Source: an uncultured Desulfosarcina sp.
GTDB lineage: Bacteria; Desulfobacterota; Desulfobacteria; Desulfobacterales; Desulfosarcinaceae
Assembly: GCA_963674945.2 (NCBI GenBank)
Contig: CAXXWQ010000003.1
Location: 1,120,001 to 1,184,000 of the forward strand
DNA length: 64,000 nucleotides
Direction of reading: 5' to 3'
The notes under the pieces are model-generated. The model was given only the letters and a program-made list of their open reading frames with translations. It ran no database searches and was not told the origin of the DNA. The first letter of the stretch is position 1; each line of letters begins with the position of its first letter. Shown piece by piece: positions 1 to 10,033 of this stretch. The translations under genes and the position numbers were made by a program.

Positions 1-505
1 CGCGGGAGACGGTGTTTCCTGAAAGTGGGGATTGGGAGATTATCTGGTCCTCCTTGTGGCGAAAACTGGATATCCGGGCCAACTTCCCCTGGCACAATCC
101 GTTTTCCGTCACAAACACCTTTCCGTGCTGCAGCGAAAGGCCCGTCAGGTTGGGCATGACGATGGTTTCGGACCCCCGGGAGACCCGGATTTTCACGTCC
201 CTTCCCCGTTTGATGGCTGCGCCCGGCTCCGGTTCCTGGTCGATCACGTGGTTCTTGGGAACCTGGTCATCGAACACCGTCCCCTTGACCCGGGTATTCA
301 GGCCCAAGTCGGAGAGGATCTCGAGCCCGTAAAGGACGTCTTTTCCCACCAGATCGGGAACGACCACCGTATCGGCACCCTTGATGATGAAGGTCAGCGC
401 CAGGTATCCGCCCAGGCCGGCCATGGCCATGAAAACGGCTGCCATGAGGGTGAATCGCATCGCCTTTTCATACAGCCGCTTCATTGAGATCTTTTTCAAG
501 GACAT
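1..505 (-). CDS. PASTA domain-containing membrane protein (3' end outside window)
   Basis: Not in the ORF track. Manual translation from ATG 505 (or 484) gives an N-terminal TM helix, then VVVPDLVGKD...VIDQEPEPGAAIKRGRDVKIRVSRG and a second repeat IVMPNLTGLS...IISQSPLSG, typical PASTA repeats. Confidence 0.85.
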   Translation of the reverse strand, partial: MSLKKISMKRLYEKAMRFTLMAAVFMAMAGLGGYLALTFIIKGADTVVVPDLVGKDVLYGLEILSDLGLNTRVKGTVFDDQVPKNHVIDQEPEPGAAIKRGRDVKIRVSRGSETIVMPNLTGLSLQHGKVFVTENGLCQGKLARISSFRHKEDQIISQSPLSGNTVSR

Positions 506-509
506 GGCA

Positions 510-1460
510 TCAGAACTCTGCTCGCAGGCCGAAACGGGCACCGCCGGGGACCGGCCCCAAAGAAATGGTCAATGATCGAAGCCGGTACAGATCGTCGCGA
601 AAGGCGGTTTGCCGGTCTCGGTTATATTTATGGGCACTGGATACGCTACCATAGATATTGCCGGCGTAAAAACCGAACGCCACGAATCCGATGGTGCCGC
701 CCAGGGCGTAGAGTTCATTGTCGAATGCCTCCCAGGCGGCCAGAATCAGACCGGTATTGACGATAACGGCGGTGAAGGCGTCACGGTACCGGCCCACGTA
801 GATCTGCCCCGCACCCGGCACCACGGAAAGCAAACCGGCAACCGTCGGGTTTTTTTCGGGAATCCGGTCGCTTTTCTCCAATGCCGTTCGCATCTTGTGC
901 ACGCCATAGCGATCCTGATTGTCCGATGAAATCTCACTGAAAATGCGATTGGCATCTTTCCATCTCCCCCGATCCACGTGAAGCCAGGCCAACTCGTATC
1001 GAGCACGGTCGATTATCTGTTTTTGTGTTGTGACCGCCATGAGGTTGTGCAGATCCACCATGGCCTGCTCGACCATTGCCTGCTCGGCGTGGCACCGGCT
1101 GAGCATGAAATAGGCTTCGACGGCCAGTGTCGAATCCCTGCCGGCGCGGGTCCGTTCATCGAAAATGACCGCTGCCTTGGAAAACCGGCCCGCACCGAAA
1201 TGAGCCATGCCGGTCTGGAATCGGGCCCGTGGGACCTTGGCATCATCGGGGAAAAAGTGGATAAAACGGTTGAACTCATAGACGGCCTCGTCGAAGGCCT
1301 CCCGGTCCAGAAGGGATTGGGCATATTGGTACTGCTGGTCTGCATCGACGGTGATTCGGGCCGAGGCAATACCGATCGTGGCAGATAAGAACAGGCAAAC
1401 GGGGAAGAAAAGAGTCGCACAGCGAATGAGGCAAAGACGCATCATGGGTATCCGATCCAA
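510..1460 (-). CDS. Exported TPR (BamD-like) protein with hydrophobic C-terminal region
   Basis: Signal peptide; TPR motifs (YQYAQSLL..EAVYEFNRFIHFFP..ARFQTGMAHF); KNPTVAGLLSVVPGAGQIYVGR segment; ends in Phe. Confidence 0.75.
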   Translation of the reverse strand: MDRIPMMRLCLIRCATLFFPVCLFLSATIGIASARITVDADQQYQYAQSLLDREAFDEAVYEFNRFIHFFPDDAKVPRARFQTGMAHFGAGRFSKAAVIFDERTRAGRDSTLAVEAYFMLSRCHAEQAMVEQAMVDLHNLMAVTTQKQIIDRARYELAWLHVDRGRWKDANRIFSEISSDNQDRYGVHKMRTALEKSDRIPEKNPTVAGLLSVVPGAGQIYVGRYRDAFTAVIVNTGLILAAWEAFDNELYALGGTIGFVAFGFYAGNIYGSVSSAHKYNRDRQTAFRDDLYRLRSLTISLGPVPGGARFGLRAEF

Positions 1461-1463
1461 CGC

Positions 1464-1823
1464 TTACCGCCACCAGAAGTCGTTGTTTTCGACCGGATCC
1501 TGACAACGGACACCATCACGGGTCATCTGATGCGGGCAATGCTCGATCTCATCCCCCCCGCAACGCATCAACCGGTCACAGGCCATGATCCATCCCATCA
1601 GCACGCCGTTTCGTTTCATGGCCGCTTTCGCATATGCGGAGCAAGACGGCGTCATGGGGCATCGCCTGCCGTCCGCCGCCGAGACATAATCCTGAAAAAA
1701 TTGAATCGGTGCAATCAGAGCCGAAGGCGCCCTGTCCTGTCCCGCCGGCTCCGGTTCCGTCGAACCGGCAACGGCGATCCCGGCAATAAGAATCAGGCCG
1801 ATAACAAAAAAAATTGGTTTCAT
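1464..1823 (-). CDS. yidD: Membrane protein insertion efficiency factor YidD-like protein with N-terminal signal peptide
   Basis: RCPMTPSCSAYAKAAMKRNGVLMGWIMACDRLMRC is the YidD (haemolytic) domain motif; start placed at MKPIFF (1823). Confidence 0.8.
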   Translation of the reverse strand: MKPIFFVIGLILIAGIAVAGSTEPEPAGQDRAPSALIAPIQFFQDYVSAADGRRCPMTPSCSAYAKAAMKRNGVLMGWIMACDRLMRCGGDEIEHCPHQMTRDGVRCQDPVENNDFWWR

Positions 1824-1950
1824 CGGGTTCGACCACCAGAACGCGCTATTTCTCGTCTTATGATGAAGGTACATATCTTTTCGGCCGAGAAATGAAGCGT
1901 TGCCTATACATCCCATATTTTACAAAAAAGTCATCTTTCTGTACGACCAC

Positions 1951-2056
1951 ATCGGTTTCCAGATAATGGTTTTGGCAAGGCCAGCGGGAGGAAGCTGTAT
2001 TCAGTTATACCGCAACGACCGATAACGCCGCCCAAAACCATTATCTGGAAACCGAT
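1951..2056. repeat. MITE-like element with perfect 25-bp terminal inverted repeats
   Basis: ATCGGTTTCCAGATAATGGTTTTGG (1951-1975) and its exact reverse complement (2032-2056), abutting the gspE stop codon. Confidence 0.8.
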
Positions 2057-3781
2057 CTATTGTTGGGTGACGCGTAGTACCTCCTCTATGGTCGTCCTCC
2101 CCCCCAGCACTGCCTCCACGCCACTCTGGCGAAGGGTTTTCATCTTTTTCTCCAATGCGATGTGCTTGATCCGGGAGGAGTCATGGGTTTTCAGGATCAG
2201 GCCCTTCAGGTCCTCGTCCATGTGCAGGATCTCGAAGATGCCGATACGCCCCCGGTAGCCGGTGTTGAAGCACTTTTCACAACCGCTTGCCTGGTAGATG
2301 GTGTGTTTCTCCGCCTGCTCCGGCGAGATGCCGATGCTCTCCAGGATGGCCCCTGGCGAATAGGGCACCTTGCAGTGATCGCACAGCACGCGCACAAGAC
2401 GCTGGGCGATGACGGCGACCACCGACGAGGAGATGAGAAAGGGCTCGACGCCGATGTCCACCAGCCGGGTGATGGCACCGGCCGAATCGTTGGTGTGAAG
2501 GGTGGAAAAAACCAGGTGGCCGGTAAGGGCGGATTGAACGGCAATGGTGGCCGTTTCATGGTCCCGGATCTCTCCGATGAGGATGACGTCGGGGTCCTGC
2601 CTGACGATGCTGCGCAGACCGCGGGCGAAGGTGAGGTCGATTTTCGGGTTGACCTGAATCTGGCTGATCCCCTTGAGCTGGTATTCCACCGGATCCTCAA
2701 TGGTGATGATGTTGATGTCCGGCTTGATGATACTGGCAAGCACCGAATAGAGCGTTGTGGTCTTGCCGCTTCCCGTAGGGCCGGTCACCAGGATAATGCC
2801 GTTGGGTTGGGTTACCAATTGATTGAACATCTGAAGATCCCCGGGCGTCAACCCCAGCTCCTTGAGGTTCAGCACCTCTTCGGATTTGTTGAGAAGCCGC
2901 ATGACCACCCGTTCACCGAACGTCGTCGGCAATGTGGAAACCCGCACGTCGATATTCAGATTGCCGATCTTCACCTCGATGCGGCCGTCCTGGGGCAGCC
3001 GTTTCTCGGCGATGTTGAGCTTGGCCATTACCTTGATTCGGGAAATCAGGGCCGGCTGGACCCATTTGGGCGGAGTGAGCAGATCGTACAAAATGCCGTC
3101 CACCCGGTAACGGACCTTGAAGCTGTCCTGATAGGGTTCAATGTGAATGTCGCTTGCACGGGCCTTTATGGACTGGGAGATGATGTGGTTGACCAGCTTG
3201 ATGATAGGGGCATCGCTGGTGTCTTCCAGAAGATCGGCGGTATCCTCGATCTCGCTGATGATGGTGCTGCCGTCCTCCTCCATGGTTTGGACAAGCTGCT
3301 CCGCGGATCCCCCGCCCATGTCGAAAAGAAGATTGATGGCGGAAAAAATGGCGCTTTTCGTGGAGAGAACCAGGTTGTAATCGGAAAATCCGATCATCTG
3401 GGCCAGATCGTCCAGGGGCTGGAAGGCGCCAGGGTCGTTAACGGCGATGACATTGACCAGGACGTCGGGCAATTCGGACTTCTTTTCCGGGGAGACATTC
3501 TTGAGAACCAGCGGAACCATGGCATGCCGTTTGAGAAAACCGATGGGCGCGCTACGGGTCCGGTCCTCACCGAAACTCTCCAATGGCAACTCCGGCCAGA
3601 AGGGAATTTCGTACTGCTCGCTCAAGGCATCCAGAAGCTGGGTCTCGGAGACGATCTTCCTGCTGAGCAGCACCTCCGACATGCTGCCATGGCTTTCGTC
3701 ATGGCGCCGGATCACATCGGCGAAGTCCTCGTCGGAGACTCCGTACTTGCTCTTTATTATCTCTTCAAGGGATCTTGTCAT
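2057..3781 (-). CDS. gspE: Type II secretion ATPase GspE
   Basis: ASDIHIEP, Walker A GPTGSGKT, TIEDPVEY, RQDPDVILIGEIRD, HLVFSTLHTN, CxxC..CxxC; start at MTRSLEE overlapping the gspD stop. Confidence 0.95.
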   Translation of the reverse strand: MTRSLEEIIKSKYGVSDEDFADVIRRHDESHGSMSEVLLSRKIVSETQLLDALSEQYEIPFWPELPLESFGEDRTRSAPIGFLKRHAMVPLVLKNVSPEKKSELPDVLVNVIAVNDPGAFQPLDDLAQMIGFSDYNLVLSTKSAIFSAINLLFDMGGGSAEQLVQTMEEDGSTIISEIEDTADLLEDTSDAPIIKLVNHIISQSIKARASDIHIEPYQDSFKVRYRVDGILYDLLTPPKWVQPALISRIKVMAKLNIAEKRLPQDGRIEVKIGNLNIDVRVSTLPTTFGERVVMRLLNKSEEVLNLKELGLTPGDLQMFNQLVTQPNGIILVTGPTGSGKTTTLYSVLASIIKPDINIITIEDPVEYQLKGISQIQVNPKIDLTFARGLRSIVRQDPDVILIGEIRDHETATIAVQSALTGHLVFSTLHTNDSAGAITRLVDIGVEPFLISSSVVAVIAQRLVRVLCDHCKVPYSPGAILESIGISPEQAEKHTIYQASGCEKCFNTGYRGRIGIFEILHMDEDLKGLILKTHDSSRIKHIALEKKMKTLRQSGVEAVLGGRTTIEEVLRVTQQ

Positions 3782-6111
3782 TTCTCTTTTCTGACGATAA
3801 TGGTGTCGGCAAAGCCTTGATCGAACAGGGTGTCCTGGGCGGCGCTCGCGGAAGCCTGGTCCGAAAATTCGCCGACCTGGACCCGATACCATATCTTGCC
3901 GTCGACTTCCGATTCAAGGATGCTCGCCCGATGGCCCATCTTCGTCAAACGCGCCACCGATTCCATGGCCCTCATCTCGTCCGCAAAAGACTGCACCTGT
4001 AACACGTAGACCGCATCCGGATCATCGACATCCGTTTCCACCTCTGGTTCGGCTGGGTTGTTTTCGATGCCGTCAATATCACCTTCATCCGGTTTTTCCT
4101 TGTTTTGGGGATAGGATTCGCCATGGGGCGTTTCTTCCACGGCTTTTCTTCCACCCTGGTACAGCTTGATCTGCATTTCCCGCAGCTCATCAATATTCGA
4201 TCTCTTCTCATCCATTACCTTCGTGGCTTCCAGGTTGTTTTCGATCACCTTGGGGGTAATGAAAATGAACAGGTTGCTTTTTTCCGCGCCTTTGGCCCGG
4301 GTCTTGAAAAGCCATCCCAGACCCGGAACGTCACCAAGGCAGGGTACTTTGTACTCGGTCTGGGAGAAGTTGTCGTCGATGAGGCCGCCGATCACAATGG
4401 TACTACGATCCTTCACGATCACCGTGGTCTCCACGGTGCGCTTCAAGGTTGTGGGCCGAAAATCCGTGGTGCTCTCCAGGGCCGACACCTCCAGGGAGAT
4501 ATTCAACCGGACCATGCGATCGGTGTTGATCTGGGGGGTGATCTTCAGGGTCTTGCCCACATCCCGGTATTCGAAGGAGTTGTACGTATCGTTGTTGGTG
4601 GTGGACGTGGTGGTCTGGAAGGGAACATTTCTTCCCACCGTGATGCTGGCCTCCTGGTTGTCGGTGGTGAGCAGTTGGGGCGTGGAAAGAATGGTGACGT
4701 CCCTGTCTTTTTTATAGGCCTGTACCAGGGCGGCGATACTGGGAAAGGACAATCCGCCGACTTCCAATGCCTCGCCGAAAATCCCCATGGAAAACCCGGC
4801 GGGCAGGGTGGGAATCAGGTCTCCATCTGCATTGGCGCTGTAAGTGATTTTCGGGTCGTCCGGGGCGAACCCACCACCGGCGACACCCTCCCGGTCGTTG
4901 TTCAGGCTCACCCGGTCCCCCACGATCCACTCGGTGCCCAGGTCGAAGCTCTTGTCGGCGTTAACCTCCATGATCAGTGCCTCGATGTAGACCATGGACC
5001 GGGGGATGTCGATCTTCTTGATGATCTCCAGCAAAGTGGCGTAATCGTCCCGGTCAGCGGTAATGATGAGGCTGTTGGTGGCCTTGTCCGCCGTTATGGT
5101 CACCTTCTCCGAGACAACCGCCTTCTCCTTCTTGGCGCCGCCGGCCGCTGCCTTCTCCTCCGTGGGAAGGTCCTTGAGAACGGTGACCATCTCCTCGGCG
5201 TCGGCGAACTGGAGGTAATAGACGTTAATCTTCTCCTTGCCTTTGGGGGTCTCCAGGTCCAGGGTCTGGATGAGTGTGCGGATCCGGTTGGTTTCGTCCT
5301 CGCTGGCCACCAGGATGATGCTGTTGGTGCGCTCATCGGCCACGAAGGCGGCCGAATCCCGCCCCGGCACCGTCTTCTTCGACTTGGTCGAGCCTGTGGA
5401 ACTCGACTTAAAGACCGTTTCGAGCAGGGTCACCAGTTTGGTGGCATCGGCATTCTGGATGGGAAACACGCTGATCTCACGCCCCACCCCGGGAATATCG
5501 ATGGTCTTCAATATCTTCATCAGCCGGGCGATGTTGGAGTAGTTATCGGTGATGATCAGGGTGTTGGTGGGATCGTAGGAGAGAATCACGCTGCTCTTGG
5601 AAACCATGGGCGTGAACAGCCGCTTCACCTCGTCGGGATCTGCAAAGCGAAGGGGCACGAGCTGGGTGACGACCTGGTCGTCGTCCGACGCGCCCTTCTC
5701 CCTGGTGCGGGTCTCGATACTCTTGGTTCGCGCATCGGGGGAAGGAACGATCTTGATCAGCTTTCCCGTTTCAACCGTTGCAAATCCGTGCACCTCCAGC
5801 ACCGATTCGAACACCTTGTACGCCTCCGCGACGGAAATCTTCGATGGCGAGATGATGGTCACCTTGCCTTTGACGCGCTGGTCGATGACGAAGTTCTTCC
5901 CTGTCAACTCACTGATGAATTTGATGAAGACGCTGATGTCCACGTCGTTGAAATCGATGGAGACAAATCGCTGAACGCCGTTTTCCGCCGACCTTTCACT
6001 CTTTTGTTGCTGGGCCGTGGCATTGGTTGAAAAGAGAGACAGCCCCACCAAACCAAACATGAGAAAGATCAGGATGGATATCTTGCGTGAGGTTTTACTA
6101 TCAATTGCCAT
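3778..6111 (-). CDS. gspD: Type II secretion secretin GspD with C-terminal SPOR-like domain
   Basis: N0 domain (IDFNDVDISVFIKFISELTGKNFVID), Secretin_N repeats, secretin C-domain (KVPCLGDVPGLGWLFK), then an acidic linker and YVLQVQSF...WYRVQVGEF. Confidence 0.93.
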   Translation of the reverse strand: MAIDSKTSRKISILIFLMFGLVGLSLFSTNATAQQQKSERSAENGVQRFVSIDFNDVDISVFIKFISELTGKNFVIDQRVKGKVTIISPSKISVAEAYKVFESVLEVHGFATVETGKLIKIVPSPDARTKSIETRTREKGASDDDQVVTQLVPLRFADPDEVKRLFTPMVSKSSVILSYDPTNTLIITDNYSNIARLMKILKTIDIPGVGREISVFPIQNADATKLVTLLETVFKSSSTGSTKSKKTVPGRDSAAFVADERTNSIILVASEDETNRIRTLIQTLDLETPKGKEKINVYYLQFADAEEMVTVLKDLPTEEKAAAGGAKKEKAVVSEKVTITADKATNSLIITADRDDYATLLEIIKKIDIPRSMVYIEALIMEVNADKSFDLGTEWIVGDRVSLNNDREGVAGGGFAPDDPKITYSANADGDLIPTLPAGFSMGIFGEALEVGGLSFPSIAALVQAYKKDRDVTILSTPQLLTTDNQEASITVGRNVPFQTTTSTTNNDTYNSFEYRDVGKTLKITPQINTDRMVRLNISLEVSALESTTDFRPTTLKRTVETTVIVKDRSTIVIGGLIDDNFSQTEYKVPCLGDVPGLGWLFKTRAKGAEKSNLFIFITPKVIENNLEATKVMDEKRSNIDELREMQIKLYQGGRKAVEETPHGESYPQNKEKPDEGDIDGIENNPAEPEVETDVDDPDAVYVLQVQSFADEMRAMESVARLTKMGHRASILESEVDGKIWYRVQVGEFSDQASASAAQDTLFDQGFADTIIVRKEK

Positions 6112-6162
6112 GTTCTCTTCCTGCTCCCACCGGCATGCACCCGCATTCGGGCCACCGACCGG

Positions 6163-7035
6163 CTATCTGATGCTGTATTCGATATTTTTTTCCCGTCCCC
6201 GACGTTTCAACTGAACGGATACCTTGGATGCGGATTGTAAATTGTCCACGAGCCCCAGGGCATCGTTGACCGTTGAAATCTCCCTTCCGTCCACCCCGGT
6301 AATGATGTCCCCATTTCGAAGGCCCATTCGCCGGAAAATGGAGTTGGGTTTGATCCTGGACAGGGCCAGTCCAGCGGCGACCCCCTCTTCCATGTGGGGT
6401 CGGATTTGCACCTGGGTCATCAGCGTGGCCATGTCCTGCATGGCCTGCTCGATATAAGAACGTCGCAAGGAGATCCGTTGGGCGCGTATGGCTTCCGGGG
6501 AAGTGGCCGTTCGGGCGGTCGGTCCGGAAGGACGGAATCCGCTCTTTCCGGAAACCAGGTCCTCCATCTGCAGAATTTCGTCCTTTCCGTCGACGGTGAG
6601 GACGACCTTTTCCCTGAAAATCTTCTTCACCGTCGCCGTCTGGACGGAATCGCCGGTTCGGTATAAATTCTGCTGGCGCGCTTTTACATCCTCGATGACT
6701 GCATATTCCGTTTCCTCGTCACCGAAGACCGTCCCCCAAAGTTTCAGGTTCAACGTGGTCTCTTCCAAAGACTCAACGTCCACCTTTTCCGTCGTCGGTT
6801 TGGCCTCGGCCTTGGAGCGGGTGCCGAACAGGTTCCTTTCCAACACGGCATTGTAGGCCGACATGGGCCGACTGGCAGTTTGCGTGTCGTTCACCTGATA
6901 GACATTTTGCCGAACGACAGCGGGTCTTTGCACCAGTCGGGCGGACAGGGAATCATAGAATCCGTCTACGGCAATGTGCGCGCAAATGGTGATGCAAATC
7001 AGATTGATCAGCGTGAAAATGGCTTTCGGTATCAT
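6163..7035 (-). CDS. gspC: Type II secretion protein GspC (PDZ)
   Basis: N-terminal TM, LKLWGTV..AVIED HR domain, C-terminal PDZ (SIFRRMGLRNGDIITGVDG); operon position. Confidence 0.9.
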   Translation of the reverse strand: MIPKAIFTLINLICITICAHIAVDGFYDSLSARLVQRPAVVRQNVYQVNDTQTASRPMSAYNAVLERNLFGTRSKAEAKPTTEKVDVESLEETTLNLKLWGTVFGDEETEYAVIEDVKARQQNLYRTGDSVQTATVKKIFREKVVLTVDGKDEILQMEDLVSGKSGFRPSGPTARTATSPEAIRAQRISLRRSYIEQAMQDMATLMTQVQIRPHMEEGVAAGLALSRIKPNSIFRRMGLRNGDIITGVDGREISTVNDALGLVDNLQSASKVSVQLKRRGREKNIEYSIR

Positions 7036-7038
7036 CGC

Positions 7039-7905
7039 CTATCTCATGGACGCCTGTGGGTTCTCGATGGAACCGCGAATCGCAAAGTTTATTCCAATTG
7101 TCCCCAGTGTCCGTGCGTCGAAAAACCCGGCCGGGATAGTATCCTGGAGCCGGGCGAAGAGCGCCGGTTTGGGTTTGGCGTTGCCGGACAGATTCAGCCG
7201 GCTCTGCCCCAAGGGTTGCCGCAGGTCGATGGATCCGCCGATTTTGCCCTGGGCCATGGGACCGTCGAAATCGAGAGATTTGATCCGAAGGCTTTTCCTG
7301 TTCGCCGCCAGCGTGGCATCCACCTTGCCGACGACGATGTCACGCATGCCGAAAAACTCGTCCTGCAGCGTAATTTGAACATCCGACAGGCCCATGGTGG
7401 CATTCGTCGTCTCTGCCGCCCCACTGCCATCGTCGTGGTTCACATGGCCCGTGAGTATTCCGGTAACGGTGAACCGCGTATCCGCCTTGATCAGATCGAT
7501 TCCCTCCAATTGGATGTCGGACAGGTCCGCCTCCACCTGCAGATGTTCGGCACGATTGCCTTCGATAATCGCCCAGCCCGCTATGGATCCTTCGGCCACA
7601 CGGGCTGTAAAGTTGACCTTCTTGTTGCTTTTTAAAAGGGTTCGCAAATTGGGCACGATCCGCAACTTATCGAAAAGAACCAATCGGGTGCCTTCCTGGT
7701 AGAGCGCAACGCCGGTCATCGTAAGACCGGGGGGAATTGCCGGTCTGATGGTCTCGGTGGCAAGGGTCAACGAGGGATCGGCCGATGCCAGGCGATGGTC
7801 CACATATGACTTGAGCGCGTCAGCGGGAAATTGCAGGTACAACAGCACTACCGTGATCGCTGCGGCATAGACCAGATAGGCAAAAATGGTTTTCATGTGA
7901 GCCAT
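7039..7905 (-). CDS. gspN: Type II secretion protein GspN
   Basis: N-terminal TM followed by FP motif and beta-rich periplasmic body; sits between gspM and gspC. Confidence 0.8.
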   Translation of the reverse strand: MAHMKTIFAYLVYAAAITVVLLYLQFPADALKSYVDHRLASADPSLTLATETIRPAIPPGLTMTGVALYQEGTRLVLFDKLRIVPNLRTLLKSNKKVNFTARVAEGSIAGWAIIEGNRAEHLQVEADLSDIQLEGIDLIKADTRFTVTGILTGHVNHDDGSGAAETTNATMGLSDVQITLQDEFFGMRDIVVGKVDATLAANRKSLRIKSLDFDGPMAQGKIGGSIDLRQPLGQSRLNLSGNAKPKPALFARLQDTIPAGFFDARTLGTIGINFAIRGSIENPQASMR

Positions 7906-7913
7906 ACGATTCG

Positions 7914-8441
7914 TTACATCTCCAAGGTTTCGACCTGAAAGACCGAATTGATCAAATCCGCCTGTTTCTCCCCCTGGGAGATGGATAGCCGCTTGATGAA
8001 AATCATGTCCCTGGAAGTCTCGATGCCGTGCAGATAGGAAAGAAGTTGGGACATGGTCACCTCCTGAAGCTTCAGCTCCACCATGGAGCGGCGATAGGGA
8101 CTGTCTTTGATGGCGCTGGAGCTTGGCTTCATGTAGGCGATGTTGCCTTTTACGCCCGTCTTTCCGGCCAGGGCATCCAGAAACGAAAAAAGGGTAAATC
8201 CCCGTCTGCGCCGTTTCAGGTGCCGTTGGGCCTGCTCGGCCTTTTGGGCCGTTTCGTTGTACTTTTCCTGAAGCAGACGGATCTGTTCCAACTCCTGCTG
8301 GCGGGTGGCGATGGTTCGGGTCAAGCGGTCGTTTTTATCCACCAGGGGGAACACGAGAAACTGAAAAAAGACAAATACGACGATGGCGCCGGCCGCGGCG
8401 GCGACGCTCATTTTTTCCCGTTTGTTGAGTTGAAGGGCCAT
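7914..8441 (-). CDS. gspM: Type II secretion protein GspM
   Basis: LNKREK plus TM, coiled coil and ferredoxin-like C-terminus. Confidence 0.85.
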   Translation of the reverse strand: MALQLNKREKMSVAAAAGAIVVFVFFQFLVFPLVDKNDRLTRTIATRQQELEQIRLLQEKYNETAQKAEQAQRHLKRRRRGFTLFSFLDALAGKTGVKGNIAYMKPSSSAIKDSPYRRSMVELKLQEVTMSQLLSYLHGIETSRDMIFIKRLSISQGEKQADLINSVFQVETLEM

Positions 8442-8447
8442 GGTTTG

Positions 8448-9902
8448 CTAAAAATCCAGTTTGATCTTGAAACGAACCCGTTTTCCCGATTTTTCCATAT
8501 CGGCCGAGCTGATCGTCGCGCCGGTAAAAATCTGCGCCTCTTCCAGCTTTCCTTTGATATCGTCGACGGTGTTGAAGGTGTCCGTATTTCCGGACAACAC
8601 CACGTTATCGATCCCCATGACCATGCGTGTAATCTTCACGTCCGCCGTCGAAGGGATCTGTTTGCTCAAGGTGTCCAGGATGTCGATGACCCGTACGCGG
8701 GAACCCGGCAGGTCCGGGCCGATGTTCGCTTCGGTGGTCTCCTGGATCTTGATTCGCATCTGCTGCAACGGTTCGACGATGCGTGTCACTTCGGGAAAGG
8801 TGCTTTTAAATACCATTTCGATCTGCCGGTCCAGTTCTGCCACTTCACGCTTCTTGGCGGCTACGGAAAGGACCTGCCCGGCGATGAGAAAGAAAATGGT
8901 GACAAGAATCAACGTCCCCGTGGCGATAATCCTTCCCCGAAATTCGTTCCAATAGCGTTGAATCGCCGATTGCTTCGTGGAAAAATTGATGCCGTCGATG
9001 GATTCGGACTCCATCAGGGCCAGTGCCAGGGCGATGTCCAGTTGACCGGATTGCCACACATCCTGATCGGAAGGGATCTTCAGACGGGGATGGGCGCGGA
9101 TGGAGTCCATTGATTCGACTGACTTTTGAAGCAGATGAACCGTATCGCCACCATCGGCCAGACCATCAACCAAAAAAGACCGATGGGCGGATGGGGCATA
9201 AATCCTGGCCGGTTCCAGGGCGATGCCATGGCTTTCCTTCAGGGCGGTCAATGTTCGCGTCATGGCTGCCCCCAAACTGTTGAGAACCATGCCGCTCCCC
9301 CTGTGCACGGGCAGGGTGCGGACGAGCCGAACGGCTTTTTGGCTTACGGCGTAAATCGTGTGGTGCTGTAAATTGCCGTCGATGAAGAGAAAGTCGTCAT
9401 CGCTCTCCTCCAGGGAGGCCAGGATACGCGTGGCGGCATACCCGGCGGGCGTGATGACCACGGGGTTCAAACTGACCGCATCGAGGATGTCGAAATACCA
9501 CTGAATGCGTTCCTTCGGGACGGTGAAGGTCAAAAGATCCTTGTTCCCGTCTCGTTTCACGGCTTCGAAATCGATGATCAGATCGTCCACGGGAACCGGC
9601 AGCGATGGTTCCAATTCAAAGGGAAGAATCTGCCGGATTTTTTTATTGTCATGAAAGGGAACACAGATGTTGCGAAAGGAGATAGCCGTTACGGGGATTC
9701 CCAAAATGCATGTGGCTCCCATGGGTTTCAGTGTGTCGGCCATGGATTGCAGGGCTTGAATGATCCCCTCGTCCCCCTCATGTTCCTGAGAAATGGGGAA
9801 AATGCCCTGTGCCTGGACTTCACTGCCCTTGAAGCCGGCCTCCAACAGCACGGCGGCAATCGATTCCTCCCGAATTTCCAGCCCCAGGACCTTACGGCTC
9901 AT
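8448..9902 (-). CDS. gspL: Type II secretion protein GspL
   Basis: Actin-like cytoplasmic domain (KVLGLEI; KIRQILPFELE..LPVPVDDL), TM, PilN-like periplasmic domain; start at MSRKVLG. Confidence 0.85.
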   Translation of the reverse strand: MSRKVLGLEIREESIAAVLLEAGFKGSEVQAQGIFPISQEHEGDEGIIQALQSMADTLKPMGATCILGIPVTAISFRNICVPFHDNKKIRQILPFELEPSLPVPVDDLIIDFEAVKRDGNKDLLTFTVPKERIQWYFDILDAVSLNPVVITPAGYAATRILASLEESDDDFLFIDGNLQHHTIYAVSQKAVRLVRTLPVHRGSGMVLNSLGAAMTRTLTALKESHGIALEPARIYAPSAHRSFLVDGLADGGDTVHLLQKSVESMDSIRAHPRLKIPSDQDVWQSGQLDIALALALMESESIDGINFSTKQSAIQRYWNEFRGRIIATGTLILVTIFFLIAGQVLSVAAKKREVAELDRQIEMVFKSTFPEVTRIVEPLQQMRIKIQETTEANIGPDLPGSRVRVIDILDTLSKQIPSTADVKITRMVMGIDNVVLSGNTDTFNTVDDIKGKLEEAQIFTGATISSADMEKSGKRVRFKIKLDF

Positions 9903-10033
9903 TTCGACTTTTCTGCCCGCGCAGAACGCGGCCTCCATCAGGCATGACCGCGATCCGCCTTGCTTGGGATATCATTTCTGAAATATCCCGTTTTTCGTTA
10001 TGTGACGATGTGTTCCAAATTACTCTATCTATC

